Source of the DNA: a virus
IMG/VR virus record: IMGVR_UViG_3300021977_000001
DNA: 64,000 bases
Strand: one strand, 5' to 3'
How positions within the stretch are numbered: position 1 is the stretch's first letter; the number at the start of each line of letters is the position of its first letter. Under the pieces are notes generated by a model. That model worked only from the letters and a program-made list of their open reading frames with translations. It searched no databases and was not told where the DNA came from. The position numbers and the translations under genes were made by a program. Shown in pieces: positions 1 through 8,265 of the stretch.

Positions 1-834
1 CATTAAACGCACCCTAACGTCATCCTGGCGCTCGCAGAACAAACGATAGACCACTACGCCACACAAGACGTCTAGTACGCCTAGAAGACCACCTAAACGG
101 CGTGTAGGATGATCTTTACCTAAGGTGTTTAAAATACCGATAGCGTAGTTAACATTATAGCTAAGTAAACGCTTAAACCTATTCTCGCTAGCACTACGTT
201 TAACGTCATAATCCACTTCTGTAAACTGCTGTACGAGTAAAAGAGGAAGTAGATCATCAAGGGTAGATTTACCTAACTGACCTATAATAGCCTGCATACT
301 CTGTTTACCTACATCAATCTTGCTATATTTTCCACTGCGCTGTTCTTTAACAATAAACTTCAATACCCCGTCTGTCAATATATCAGACTGACCGATGGCA
401 TTAACCAGTTTCTTATAGTCGACGTTAGGATGGTATAGTGTATCAATGAGATCTGGCAAGGCACGCCCAATAGCATGGAGTGGGCGTTCGGTTAATTGAA
501 TCTCTATATCTTTTTTAAGCTCGCGATGATATAGTTCGCTGGCTTTAACCTGCCACTCTACCTGTTTTGCGTTGGCCCGTATTTTATCCTCTTGCCTTAC
601 ACGTTCTACATCCAGCAGCGTTCGATTAGCGTTAGCAACAATAGGTTCTTTAATACCGCGTTTTATTACAGTATCTATATCAGGCGTATAGCCTGCTGAT
701 ATAGAGGAAGCGAGATTAAGATCAAACAAATGTGCACGGCATCGCTGCGTCATCAAGTGCTTGACTAATGAAAATTGACTAACCTGCTCTTCAGTAAGTC
801 GGGTTGGGTCTAGTAGAAATTTAACAGCCTGCAT
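1..834 (-). CDS. HDOD-domain-like protein (3' end runs off the window)
   Basis: Absent from the ORF track. Manual translation from ATG 834 (AAGGA upstream) is open to position 1. LPDLIDTLYHPNVDYKKLVNAIGQSDILTDGVLKF...MQAIIGQLGKSTLDDLLPLLL...RLGGLLGVLDVLCGVVVY fits the HDOD helical pattern. Confidence 0.55.
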   Translation of the reverse strand, partial: MQAVKFLLDPTRLTEEQVSQFSLVKHLMTQRCRAHLFDLNLASSISAGYTPDIDTVIKRGIKEPIVANANRTLLDVERVRQEDKIRANAKQVEWQVKASELYHRELKKDIEIQLTERPLHAIGRALPDLIDTLYHPNVDYKKLVNAIGQSDILTDGVLKFIVKEQRSGKYSKIDVGKQSMQAIIGQLGKSTLDDLLPLLLVQQFTEVDYDVKRSASENRFKRLLSYNVNYAIGILNTLGKDHPTRRLGGLLGVLDVLCGVVVYRLFCERQDDVRVRLM

Positions 835-868
835 GGTTTGTGGTCCTTCATCGTCATAAGGTGAGGAC

Positions 869-1576
869 CTATTGGTCCTCACTGCTTATTAATAAATTAC
901 GCAACGTAATGATGTCATCTAGACATCGGTTAAGTGGGTCGGCGGGGAAGTGTATAGCATCTTTCTCATCGTCATGATCTAAAAGCTCTTTAGCCGAATT
1001 AGCATGATCGATAAAAAGATCCAACATGGCCTCGGCAGCATCTAGCTTATCTTCAATGCTATTAGTTTCCTCTAACAATCTTTGAAGATAGCCACCGTAT
1101 TGATCCAAATTAACCACCCAGTAAACAATACCTGTACGAATATCTTGCTGTTTATTTACCTCCAGGTAATTAAACGCTGTTTCGCCCCGATATAGCTCAT
1201 GTCTGTCGCGGTTTCTTTTCTTATCGATATCTATCACTACATCAAAATGGTTGCGACGTGTAGGTTTAAGACCTACTTTGTCAAATACACCCATGATAAC
1301 ATCAATTAACCGCATGTAAGTGTTATAGAACAACTTATAGCGTTTAAAGGTAACGTAGTGTAGTTCTTTATTCACATAAGACTTAACTGCCTTATCTACC
1401 TCACCATAGACACGTGTCGATTGGTTAGGATTTTCTACTGCTTCGGTGAAGCATTGATCGCGTTGATTAGTTAAAATACCTCTTATGGATATTGCGCACT
1501 GCTTCCTTTCGTTTAAACGCTCGATCAACGCACCGATATTAGCTTTAGTGTAGCTAATGGTGAGTAATCGTCTCAT
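869..1576 (-). CDS. hypothetical protein
   Basis: 235-aa ORF with an AGGA-like RBS, in a co-directional gene run. Confidence 0.7.
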   Translation of the reverse strand: MRRLLTISYTKANIGALIERLNERKQCAISIRGILTNQRDQCFTEAVENPNQSTRVYGEVDKAVKSYVNKELHYVTFKRYKLFYNTYMRLIDVIMGVFDKVGLKPTRRNHFDVVIDIDKKRNRDRHELYRGETAFNYLEVNKQQDIRTGIVYWVVNLDQYGGYLQRLLEETNSIEDKLDAAEAMLDLFIDHANSAKELLDHDDEKDAIHFPADPLNRCLDDIITLRNLLISSEDQ

Positions 1577-1603
1577 ACCAGTGTCCTATGATGTTAACGC
1601 TCC

Positions 1604-2155
1604 CTACCAGTTTAGAGATACAATCATAGCATGAGTATCTTCTAAGCTCACCTTTGCTGATTGAGCTAGTTTCCTTGCATTACGCTTTACCTGTTCATCG
1701 CTGTAGCGAGTTTGACTATCCCACGCCCACTGTAGTAGTGCTTGACGTTGTTTAGGTCGACATTCTCTATCCTTTAAATTACAATTAGCGTTGATCTGTC
1801 CTTGATGTCTTGCCACAAAGCTACGCCAGCGTTTGATTTCCAATTCGTCTTTCTCACCTAAACGTCGACCTAGGTAATAGAGACAATACCACTGAAACCA
1901 TCCTAGAGGATAATCGGGGTCTGTCCATCCATTCTTTTTCCAAATAGATAAAGGCTGTCGGGATTTAACACCGTAATAGTTAATGGTAGGGTCAGGGTCA
2001 TCGCTGCGTTTCAACACTTTAGGGATGTCGTACCATGACTTAGGTAGTCCTTCAACGGCATTTATATATTTACCTTCAAAGATGCCAAGCTTTAACATCT
2101 GCTCCGGTGTATAAGACGGGCCGAATGTTGGATCCCAGGTTATTGTCTTACTCAT
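1604..2155 (-). CDS. conserved hypothetical protein (TPxQMLxLGxFxGKY / GWFQWYCxYYxGRR / CRPxQRQALLxWAxD family of large phages, giant viruses and bacteria)
   Basis: Family motifs recognised. Start moved to MSKTITW (2155) because the longer start overlaps the upstream terminator. Confidence 0.7.
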   Translation of the reverse strand: MSKTITWDPTFGPSYTPEQMLKLGIFEGKYINAVEGLPKSWYDIPKVLKRSDDPDPTINYYGVKSRQPLSIWKKNGWTDPDYPLGWFQWYCLYYLGRRLGEKDELEIKRWRSFVARHQGQINANCNLKDRECRPKQRQALLQWAWDSQTRYSDEQVKRNARKLAQSAKVSLEDTHAMIVSLNW

Positions 2156-2183
2156 GATGATTCCATATTTTCTTATTAAAGAC

Positions 2184-2209
2184 AAAAAAGAACAGGATCC
2201 GAAGATCCC
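2184..2209 (-). terminator. intrinsic terminator (UUCG hairpin + U tract)
   Basis: GGATC-TTCG-GATCC followed by TTTTTT on the minus strand, just after stop 2215. Confidence 0.7.
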
Positions 2210-2214
2210 GTGGG

Positions 2215-2856
2215 CTATTTACTTACATTATCAGAATAGTAGGTTAGTGCGTCAGCACACTGCATGTTATAAGGTATTTGGAAACTAACTTGATGCGTCC
2301 CACCTTTCCACGTATTGACACGTGGTCCTACTTCTTCATTAAACGTTATCTCTGCACGATAGATACGCCAGGAGATAAACCGCGCCCATCGTAAACATAA
2401 CGGCGCTACACGAATATAATACGTACGCACATGACATTGTACCATGTTCAAATTAGCTTGATCGTGGTATTTCATGTTATTTACTTGCTTTAACGTCACC
2501 TCGGTATAAGGTTCTAAGCAGCGTATCTGCCAAGGCATATCATACCCGCGATACCCTTTACGTCCAAGGTAGAATGACACAGAATCCGCATGAAAGAATA
2601 CCCCATACCAGATATCTTCCTCATTATTATCCAATGCTTCAACGCACCATCTTGCACTAAGTTTAATGGTGATGTTAATCAGGTATAAGAATAACGTAAC
2701 ACTATTATCGCCCTCACCGTAGCTAAGGTTTTGCTTGGTGGTTCGACTTAAAAGGAAATGGATACTCCTATCTACCTTAGGAATATTCCACTTTACCGAC
2801 AACATGCCTAAGCTAAACACACCGCTGGCTTTTAGTCGTTTTAATGCAGCTAACAT
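2215..2856 (-). CDS. hypothetical protein
   Basis: 213-aa ORF followed by a terminator. Confidence 0.6.
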   Translation of the reverse strand: MLAALKRLKASGVFSLGMLSVKWNIPKVDRSIHFLLSRTTKQNLSYGEGDNSVTLFLYLINITIKLSARWCVEALDNNEEDIWYGVFFHADSVSFYLGRKGYRGYDMPWQIRCLEPYTEVTLKQVNNMKYHDQANLNMVQCHVRTYYIRVAPLCLRWARFISWRIYRAEITFNEEVGPRVNTWKGGTHQVSFQIPYNMQCADALTYYSDNVSK

Positions 2857-2924
2857 AATACACGTCCTGTTATTGAAGTTAAAAAAAGAAGGTCATAATA
2901 AACCTTCTTTATGTTAATACTGAC

Positions 2925-3338
2925 TTACTTTGTAAGATCCAAGCCCAGGTTACGCACTAGGCGTATGCCTTTAGACGTCATCCCGTAGGCCATAAAACGC
3001 CCATGGCGTTCTTTATCTAAATAACCTAGGTTAACCAGCTTGTTTAGCATGCGTGCTATGGCGGAGTAACTCCAACGATTACCCCCGCGTCTATAATAGC
3101 TCATAAAGAAACCTTCTACCTCACCTACATACACTAGCGGGTATTTGCCACTATGGTTACTATTGACAATGGATAACGCCAGCATAGCAGGAAGACTTAA
3201 GTTAGACAGCCTAAGTTTTACCATGATCTCTAACGGGCTTAGTTGGACATCATGTTTGTCTTTAAATAGCTGAATAACTTCAGCACTTTGCTGTTGGACT
3301 TCTTCGCGTTGAGGTTTAGTCTTTATTGTTTTCATCAT
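2925..3338 (-). CDS. winged helix-turn-helix protein (MarR/PadR-like)
   Basis: WSYSAIARMLNKLVNLGYLDKERHGRFMAYGMTSKG = recognition helix, wing and LTxKG motif. Confidence 0.65.
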   Translation of the reverse strand: MMKTIKTKPQREEVQQQSAEVIQLFKDKHDVQLSPLEIMVKLRLSNLSLPAMLALSIVNSNHSGKYPLVYVGEVEGFFMSYYRRGGNRWSYSAIARMLNKLVNLGYLDKERHGRFMAYGMTSKGIRLVRNLGLDLTK

Positions 3339-3808
3339 TACGCTTCCTTGCTGTATTTTATCATATCACATATAGCCTTACCTAGATTGTATCGCACGCT
3401 ATTGTTAATACTTGCATCCGATAACTGACCACGCATTAAAGAACCGTACATGCGGGTTATCTGCACAGGCATATTGGCTACTACGACTGCGCTATCGCCA
3501 TGTGGATAACGATCAAATAAGATTACGTTACCGTTAGGGGTGTTGGTAACGTGGACCAACCTTTGCTTGCTGTCTAATCCAATTATCTGGATATTATCTG
3601 ATAAACTACTATCATCAACCCCGCCATCTAAATACCCTGATCCGTTATCCCAACTGTCTGGAATCTTATCGCAGACATACAAGTTATCATCAACTACCTC
3701 GTTATCATCAAGTCCTGTTAGCAGTTCTTTAATAGCTTTAGCTAGACGTCCTTCATTGTCTTCTATTATTGCATTGATATTACTAGGGGTTGCTTTAGTT
3801 AAGTTCAT
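3338..3808 (-). CDS. hypothetical protein (phage family, W-NG-GY-D / GNVxxFxRY pattern)
   Basis: 156-aa ORF whose stop overlaps the next start. Confidence 0.65.
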   Translation of the reverse strand: MNLTKATPSNINAIIEDNEGRLAKAIKELLTGLDDNEVVDDNLYVCDKIPDSWDNGSGYLDGGVDDSSLSDNIQIIGLDSKQRLVHVTNTPNGNVILFDRYPHGDSAVVVANMPVQITRMYGSLMRGQLSDASINNSVRYNLGKAICDMIKYSKEA

Positions 3809-3863
3809 GTTAGTTTCCTTAATTTAAAAGACCAAGCCTTTATTGACCTGGTCGTATAAGTGT

Positions 3864-4682
3864 TTATTTAGTTTTGAAATTACCCATACCGTCATGACTT
3901 GCTGGGGTAAGGCTATCGAAAATGGTAGCTTCAACGACGGTATCATCATCTACATGGTAAAACTCTTTAAACTGTCGAGATTTAACCACCTCACCATCTC
4001 TAACAGTAAGACGTACTCTGGCTGACGCGCTGAGTTGAATTAACGTCCCTGGACGAGCTAGACTGATTTCTATCATCCTTTCTTTAATATCAACCACGCC
4101 ACTGTCTACGCCAATTTCTTCAATAGACCACGCACTGCCTGCTTCACTTATAAACCAGTACGGATATTTATAGGACGTATTTTCACTTGACTCAGATTCT
4201 GTAGTGTCGTCTACTTTTATCTCATCGTTTACCTTTACCGTTACTTGATCTTTACCCATGCGCTCTTTAAGCGCCACCATGCGTCTGGTAGAAGACAAGT
4301 CTTTAGATTGTACTAGTTGTTTTAGATTCATAGCCACGTCCACTAGCGAGTTAAGTATACCCATGTAGTCTTTCAATAGATCTACACCATATGCCATAAG
4401 CTCAGAAAAGACCACATCGTCAATCGATATAGATAGCGTAACTTCAACATCGTCTTTAACACGTAACATGTAAGCAATGTTGCTAAGGCTGTTAGCTACC
4501 TTTACGTCGACTGTGATACTCTCTTTAAGCATCTCTATAAGTAAATCGCCTTTCACTTTAGCGTGTTCTTCTGTATTGACTTTAGCTACTAAGGGTTTAA
4601 GTAACTCGATGGCCTGTGTTGCGTTTTCACGATAAGCAGCTACTTCAACACGTGACAGGGTGAAGGTTTGTGTAATTTGCAT
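3864..4682 (-). CDS. hypothetical protein (probably early)
   Basis: 272-aa ORF with AAGG RBS, preceded by a TATATTAC motif. Confidence 0.7.
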   Translation of the reverse strand: MQITQTFTLSRVEVAAYRENATQAIELLKPLVAKVNTEEHAKVKGDLLIEMLKESITVDVKVANSLSNIAYMLRVKDDVEVTLSISIDDVVFSELMAYGVDLLKDYMGILNSLVDVAMNLKQLVQSKDLSSTRRMVALKERMGKDQVTVKVNDEIKVDDTTESESSENTSYKYPYWFISEAGSAWSIEEIGVDSGVVDIKERMIEISLARPGTLIQLSASARVRLTVRDGEVVKSRQFKEFYHVDDDTVVEATIFDSLTPASHDGMGNFKTK

Positions 4683-4738
4683 GATGTTATACCTTTTAAA
4701 GTTTAAAGAATGTTACCTTATTGTAATCATTCACTACA

Positions 4739-4747
4739 GTAATATAG
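4739..4747 (-). promoter_or_regulatory. phiKZ-type early promoter motif (CTATATTAC)
   Basis: Matches the TATATTAC early consensus of phiKZ; intergenic, upstream of 3864..4682. Confidence 0.55.
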
Positions 4748-4765
4748 AGGTATAATGTTGTCGAA

Positions 4766-4795
4766 ACGGCATAAAGTGGGCAGGTTGCCCTGCCC
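4766..4795 (-). terminator. hairpin + TTTATGCCGT terminator
   Basis: GGGCAGG-GCAA-CCTGCCC then ACTTTATGCCGT, after the dcd stop. Confidence 0.7.
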
Positions 4796-4812
4796 TTGCT
4801 AATAGTAGCAGC

Positions 4813-5430
4813 CTATAGCTTGCTGCCGGTAATACCTGTCTGACCCTGATACTTACCCCCTCTATCACCATAGGTAACGTTAGGGCGTTGTTTAGAGGCC
4901 TTAAACTCTATCTGTGCAATACCTACTCCAGCATAGATCCGCATCGGTAGATTAGTGCAGTTAGTGATCTCTACTACTAAGTGACCTTCCCAACCCGCTT
5001 CCAGAGGCGTGATCAGGCTAAACATCCCTAACCTGGCCCAAGTGCTTTTATTAGAACACGTGGCCATTACGTTGTCTGGTATATGGAAGTATTCTACTGT
5101 ACGCGATAGTAGCAATCCACCAGGCGGTAGGATGACGCTATCGGCCTTTACCTCTTCAACAAACTCACGTTCATCAAAGTTCATGATATCAATGATACGT
5201 CCGTCGTTAGGTTTACTAAAGAGTTTAAACTCAGGCGCTAAACGGATATCGTACCCAAAACTACTAAGTCCATAGCTAGGTATGCGTTGGCCTTTATCGT
5301 TAGTATTAATGCTTTTACTAATAAAGGGTTCAATCATGGGTTGTTGATGATTGTTAATCATTACGCCATCTAGATTAATTTGACATAAGTCGGTACATAA
5401 CGCTTCTATTGCAAAGTCAGGTATTAACAT
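4813..5430 (-). CDS. dcd: dCTP deaminase
   Basis: SYGLSSFGYDIRL, KSTWARLG, TPLEAGWEGHLVVEITN, IAQIEF, YGDRGGKYQGQTGIT. Confidence 0.95.
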   Translation of the reverse strand: MLIPDFAIEALCTDLCQINLDGVMINNHQQPMIEPFISKSINTNDKGQRIPSYGLSSFGYDIRLAPEFKLFSKPNDGRIIDIMNFDEREFVEEVKADSVILPPGGLLLSRTVEYFHIPDNVMATCSNKSTWARLGMFSLITPLEAGWEGHLVVEITNCTNLPMRIYAGVGIAQIEFKASKQRPNVTYGDRGGKYQGQTGITGSKL

Positions 5431-5855
5431 GCGTTATCTCCATTTACCATCCCCACACATTCTAGCTTAAGCATGATGCTAAACGGGTCGATGCCAGTCT
5501 CAAATTTAGTATGCTTAGGTGGAGCGTGTATATCCATGTGGTCTACCCAGTCCTGATAGTCCTTTAACGCGCTCTGTACAAGCATGTTAAGTTCTTTATC
5601 AATGACGGCTATCTCATCAGACATAGCGGTAATGGCGCGCTCTGCATGCCAGGCAGCGCCTTCTACAGATGGTTTCTCTTCAAACCTTAAGCTAGTAAGG
5701 TACTGTGTTATACCTGAACGTAGGTTATCGGTACCAACAAACTCACATTTCATTTCTTGCGTGATAGCGTGACCTGGAACGTCAACATCAAAATAAACAT
5801 TGTGTCCCATAACTTTAATTAGTATTTGAAAAACTGGCGTTGTCATTAATAGCAT
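5424..5855 (-). CDS. hypothetical protein
   Basis: 143-aa ORF overlapping the dcd start. Confidence 0.6.
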   Translation of the reverse strand: MLLMTTPVFQILIKVMGHNVYFDVDVPGHAITQEMKCEFVGTDNLRSGITQYLTSLRFEEKPSVEGAAWHAERAITAMSDEIAVIDKELNMLVQSALKDYQDWVDHMDIHAPPKHTKFETGIDPFSIMLKLECVGMVNGDNAC

Positions 5856-5912
5856 CCTTTAATAATAGATCTTTGGGCTTGTAGGATTAATGATCTATGT
5901 AAATAAAGAAAG

Positions 5913-5947
5913 ACGGCATAAGGGATGCAAGGTTACCCCCACATCCC
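5913..5947 (-). terminator. hairpin + TTATGCCGT terminator
   Basis: GGGATG-TGGGG-GTAA-CCTTG-CATCCC (G-U pairs) followed by TTATGCCGT. Confidence 0.6.
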
Positions 5948-5952
5948 AATAG

Positions 5953-6153
5953 TTAACTTAATCCTACAGTAAGGTCAAAGAACTCGTCTTTAGCCGACAC
6001 TATTACCTGGTCACCATCTACAGTATACCCGTTAAATAGCTGATTCTCTACCATCAATAATACTTTAACGCTTGAAAACTTACGTACTTGTTTTCCATCC
6101 TTGCTTTTTACTATTGCGGGTAGATCGTTGTAATTCTCAATACCTTCAAACAT
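5953..6153 (-). CDS. small hypothetical protein
   Basis: 66-aa ORF with AAGGA RBS, followed by a terminator. Confidence 0.6.
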   Translation of the reverse strand: MFEGIENYNDLPAIVKSKDGKQVRKFSSVKVLLMVENQLFNGYTVDGDQVIVSAKDEFFDLTVGLS

Positions 6154-6179
6154 AGAGGATTCCTTACACTATTTATAAA

Positions 6180-7058
6180 CTACGACGCCATCTCAGCTGA
6201 GATAGGCGCGTGGTGATCATAACCAAAGACTTCAAAATCTTTATCGGTCATGTGATTAACCACATAATCCCAATCCGTTATACGATCACTTAACACGATT
6301 GTGGGTGGGTCATATGGATCGCGACTTAGTTGTTCAGTTACCTGCTCGAAATGATTATCGTAGATGTGGAAGTTATTATGGTCGTGTTTAACCCAACCTG
6401 GTTTATGACCAGTTATCTTAGCCATAACGGCTAAAAATACATAACACTGCATCATGTTCCAATTCATACCCAAAAATCCATCTGTGGATCTTTGTGTGGA
6501 TGTCATATGGAGCGTATCACCTAACAATGTAAAAGTATGGCTATACATGCATGGTCTTAATGCCCCTAGTTCAAATAGACCTGGGTTCCAAAAGGTAACA
6601 ATCTCACCACGATCATCGATACCAGCTTTAAGGTTAGTATAGACCTTTTTAAATAGATCCATCGTGTAACCGTCATGGGTTGGCCAGTTCTTAGCAACAC
6701 CACCATACACCACACCAATATCATCTGTACCTTTACGGTGCGGATTATCTAACCACGCACGTGTTTCGTTAGCGTTAATGTCCCAGCTATCTGTCCCTAG
6801 GTCTCTAAACTGCGCCGCGCTATTAAACCCACGGAAATAACCACAGAGTTCTCTTATAGCTTTACGCCAATAGCTTTTACGCGTGGTCACTAGTGGAAAC
6901 TCACCACCCCCTACATTGTAATATAGCACAGCGCCTGTTACCGTACGACAAACCTTACCGGTGCGGTCATTATGTATATCATAACCATGTTTCATGGTGT
7001 GTCTTAGTAGATCTAGATACTGTACTTCTGCAGTAGGTAGATGCTTTGGTATAATCAT
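6180..7058 (-). CDS. thyA: thymidylate synthase (Vibrio/Pasteurellaceae-type ThyA)
   Basis: QYLDL, NDRTGK, FPLVTTRKSYW, LRPCMYSH (catalytic Cys), QRSTD-FLG-NWN (dUMP-specifying Asn), HIYDNH. Confidence 0.95.
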   Translation of the reverse strand: MIIPKHLPTAEVQYLDLLRHTMKHGYDIHNDRTGKVCRTVTGAVLYYNVGGGEFPLVTTRKSYWRKAIRELCGYFRGFNSAAQFRDLGTDSWDINANETRAWLDNPHRKGTDDIGVVYGGVAKNWPTHDGYTMDLFKKVYTNLKAGIDDRGEIVTFWNPGLFELGALRPCMYSHTFTLLGDTLHMTSTQRSTDGFLGMNWNMMQCYVFLAVMAKITGHKPGWVKHDHNNFHIYDNHFEQVTEQLSRDPYDPPTIVLSDRITDWDYVVNHMTDKDFEVFGYDHHAPISAEMAS

Positions 7059-7546
7059 TACATGTCTCCCATATCGTTAAAATAGTCACGTAGCTCCATC
7101 AACAACTTGCCTAAATGGTTTTCTCCTTTCCCATCTCGATTAGATACACCCCAATACTTATCTCCATGCCAGTTACCTTCAACCAATGCCGCGTTACCCG
7201 TTGCTATTAACTTACGTTTAAGGTCTAAGTTGAGGTTAAATTTAAGCAGCAATATTTCCCACATCAGCGGTAGTTTAATAGCGTCCCAATCATCTCGCAG
7301 CTTAAGCTTCCTACCATGTATTTTAGCCTGGCCTGGATAAGGTAGGGTGGTGATAAAGGCCCGTTCTTTTACATCAGTGGTTTTAGCCGCCACGTAGGCG
7401 TGCTCGGCAGTGCTAAAGCTATACGTCTGAAGCTGTTTGCCTGGAAATACCGCAGTATAAGGAATAGGGTTAGTTAGTGGATAGAAGTTACTTAAAAACG
7501 CATAGTCGTCTTTAAATCTATCTATTCTATTCTCCTGAAATAACAT
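7058..7546 (-). CDS. NADAR family N-glycosidase (YbiA-like)
   Basis: FLSNFY, TAEHAYVAAK, GRKLKLRDDWD, KF...L..LIATGNAALVEGNWHGDKYWGV, GENHLGKLLMELR. Confidence 0.9.
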   Translation of the reverse strand: MLFQENRIDRFKDDYAFLSNFYPLTNPIPYTAVFPGKQLQTYSFSTAEHAYVAAKTTDVKERAFITTLPYPGQAKIHGRKLKLRDDWDAIKLPLMWEILLLKFNLNLDLKRKLIATGNAALVEGNWHGDKYWGVSNRDGKGENHLGKLLMELRDYFNDMGDM

Positions 7547-7556
7547 AGCAATATCC

Positions 7557-7994
7557 TTATTTAAATATTACATTCGGCAGAGGTCTGGCTGCTAGGCGCG
7601 TGGTCTCATCGATAATGAATTTATCATTAGGCTTTCCGCGATTAACGCTATCGTTATAACGTATCACGTGAAGGCTACGTCGCATGCGATAGGCGCGCCT
7701 AAGCGCAGGATTGAACACGTCATTGTTCCATTCCAGATACGTAGTATTGGTTCCTTCTAATTCACGCATATCCACCACCACAGGTGTGAGTTTATAATAC
7801 AGTCTCTGTAGTAGCAATGTGATAATGTAGACGATTAATAAACTTAAAATAAACATTCCCATGTAAAAGGCAATTCTCTTTATTATAATTAGGTTATAGT
7901 ATTTAAACAGGGTGTTAAATGCGACGTTGATGACAAAAAAGAAACAATAATCAAAGAGCAGCGCTAACCGCATGCTTGATCTTGTTTCTCTCAT
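7557..7994 (-). CDS. hypothetical membrane protein
   Basis: Two N-terminal hydrophobic segments. Confidence 0.6.
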   Translation of the reverse strand: MRETRSSMRLALLFDYCFFFVINVAFNTLFKYYNLIIIKRIAFYMGMFILSLLIVYIITLLLQRLYYKLTPVVVDMRELEGTNTTYLEWNNDVFNPALRRAYRMRRSLHVIRYNDSVNRGKPNDKFIIDETTRLAARPLPNVIFK

Positions 7995-7996
7995 TA

Positions 7997-8206
7997 TTAT
8001 TCACTGGCCGTTATACTCTCTGCAATGGTTGAGAACAATACCCCCGCTTTACGTTTTGCTTGAATATTGTATTTGAACGTATCGCCTTTAATAGATAGTT
8101 CAGCAGTGTAGTCATAATGACCTGCCTCTATTAAATCAGCAAGGCTGCGTAACCGAGCAACAACGTCAAGCTCATCGTCGGTTACATTAATGGTTGAATC
8201 GGTCAT
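7997..8206 (-). CDS. small hypothetical protein
   Basis: 69-aa ORF in the co-directional run. Confidence 0.55.
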   Translation of the reverse strand: MTDSTINVTDDELDVVARLRSLADLIEAGHYDYTAELSIKGDTFKYNIQAKRKAGVLFSTIAESITASE

Positions 8207-8222
8207 ATTTGATCACCCTACT

Positions 8223-8252
8223 AAGGCATAAAGGGAGGACCGAAGCCCTCCC
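8223..8252 (-). terminator. hairpin + TTTATGCCTT terminator
   Basis: GGGAGGGC-TTCG-GTCCTCCC then TTTATGCC. Confidence 0.7.
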
Positions 8253-8265
8253 CTTACTATGTTTA

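Noticed and set aside
4813-7058. dcd/thyA as a uracil-DNA or base-hypermodification pathway
   Set aside because: ThyA keeps the dUMP-specific Asn and host-like motifs; no glycosyltransferase, kinase or other modification genes lie nearby.
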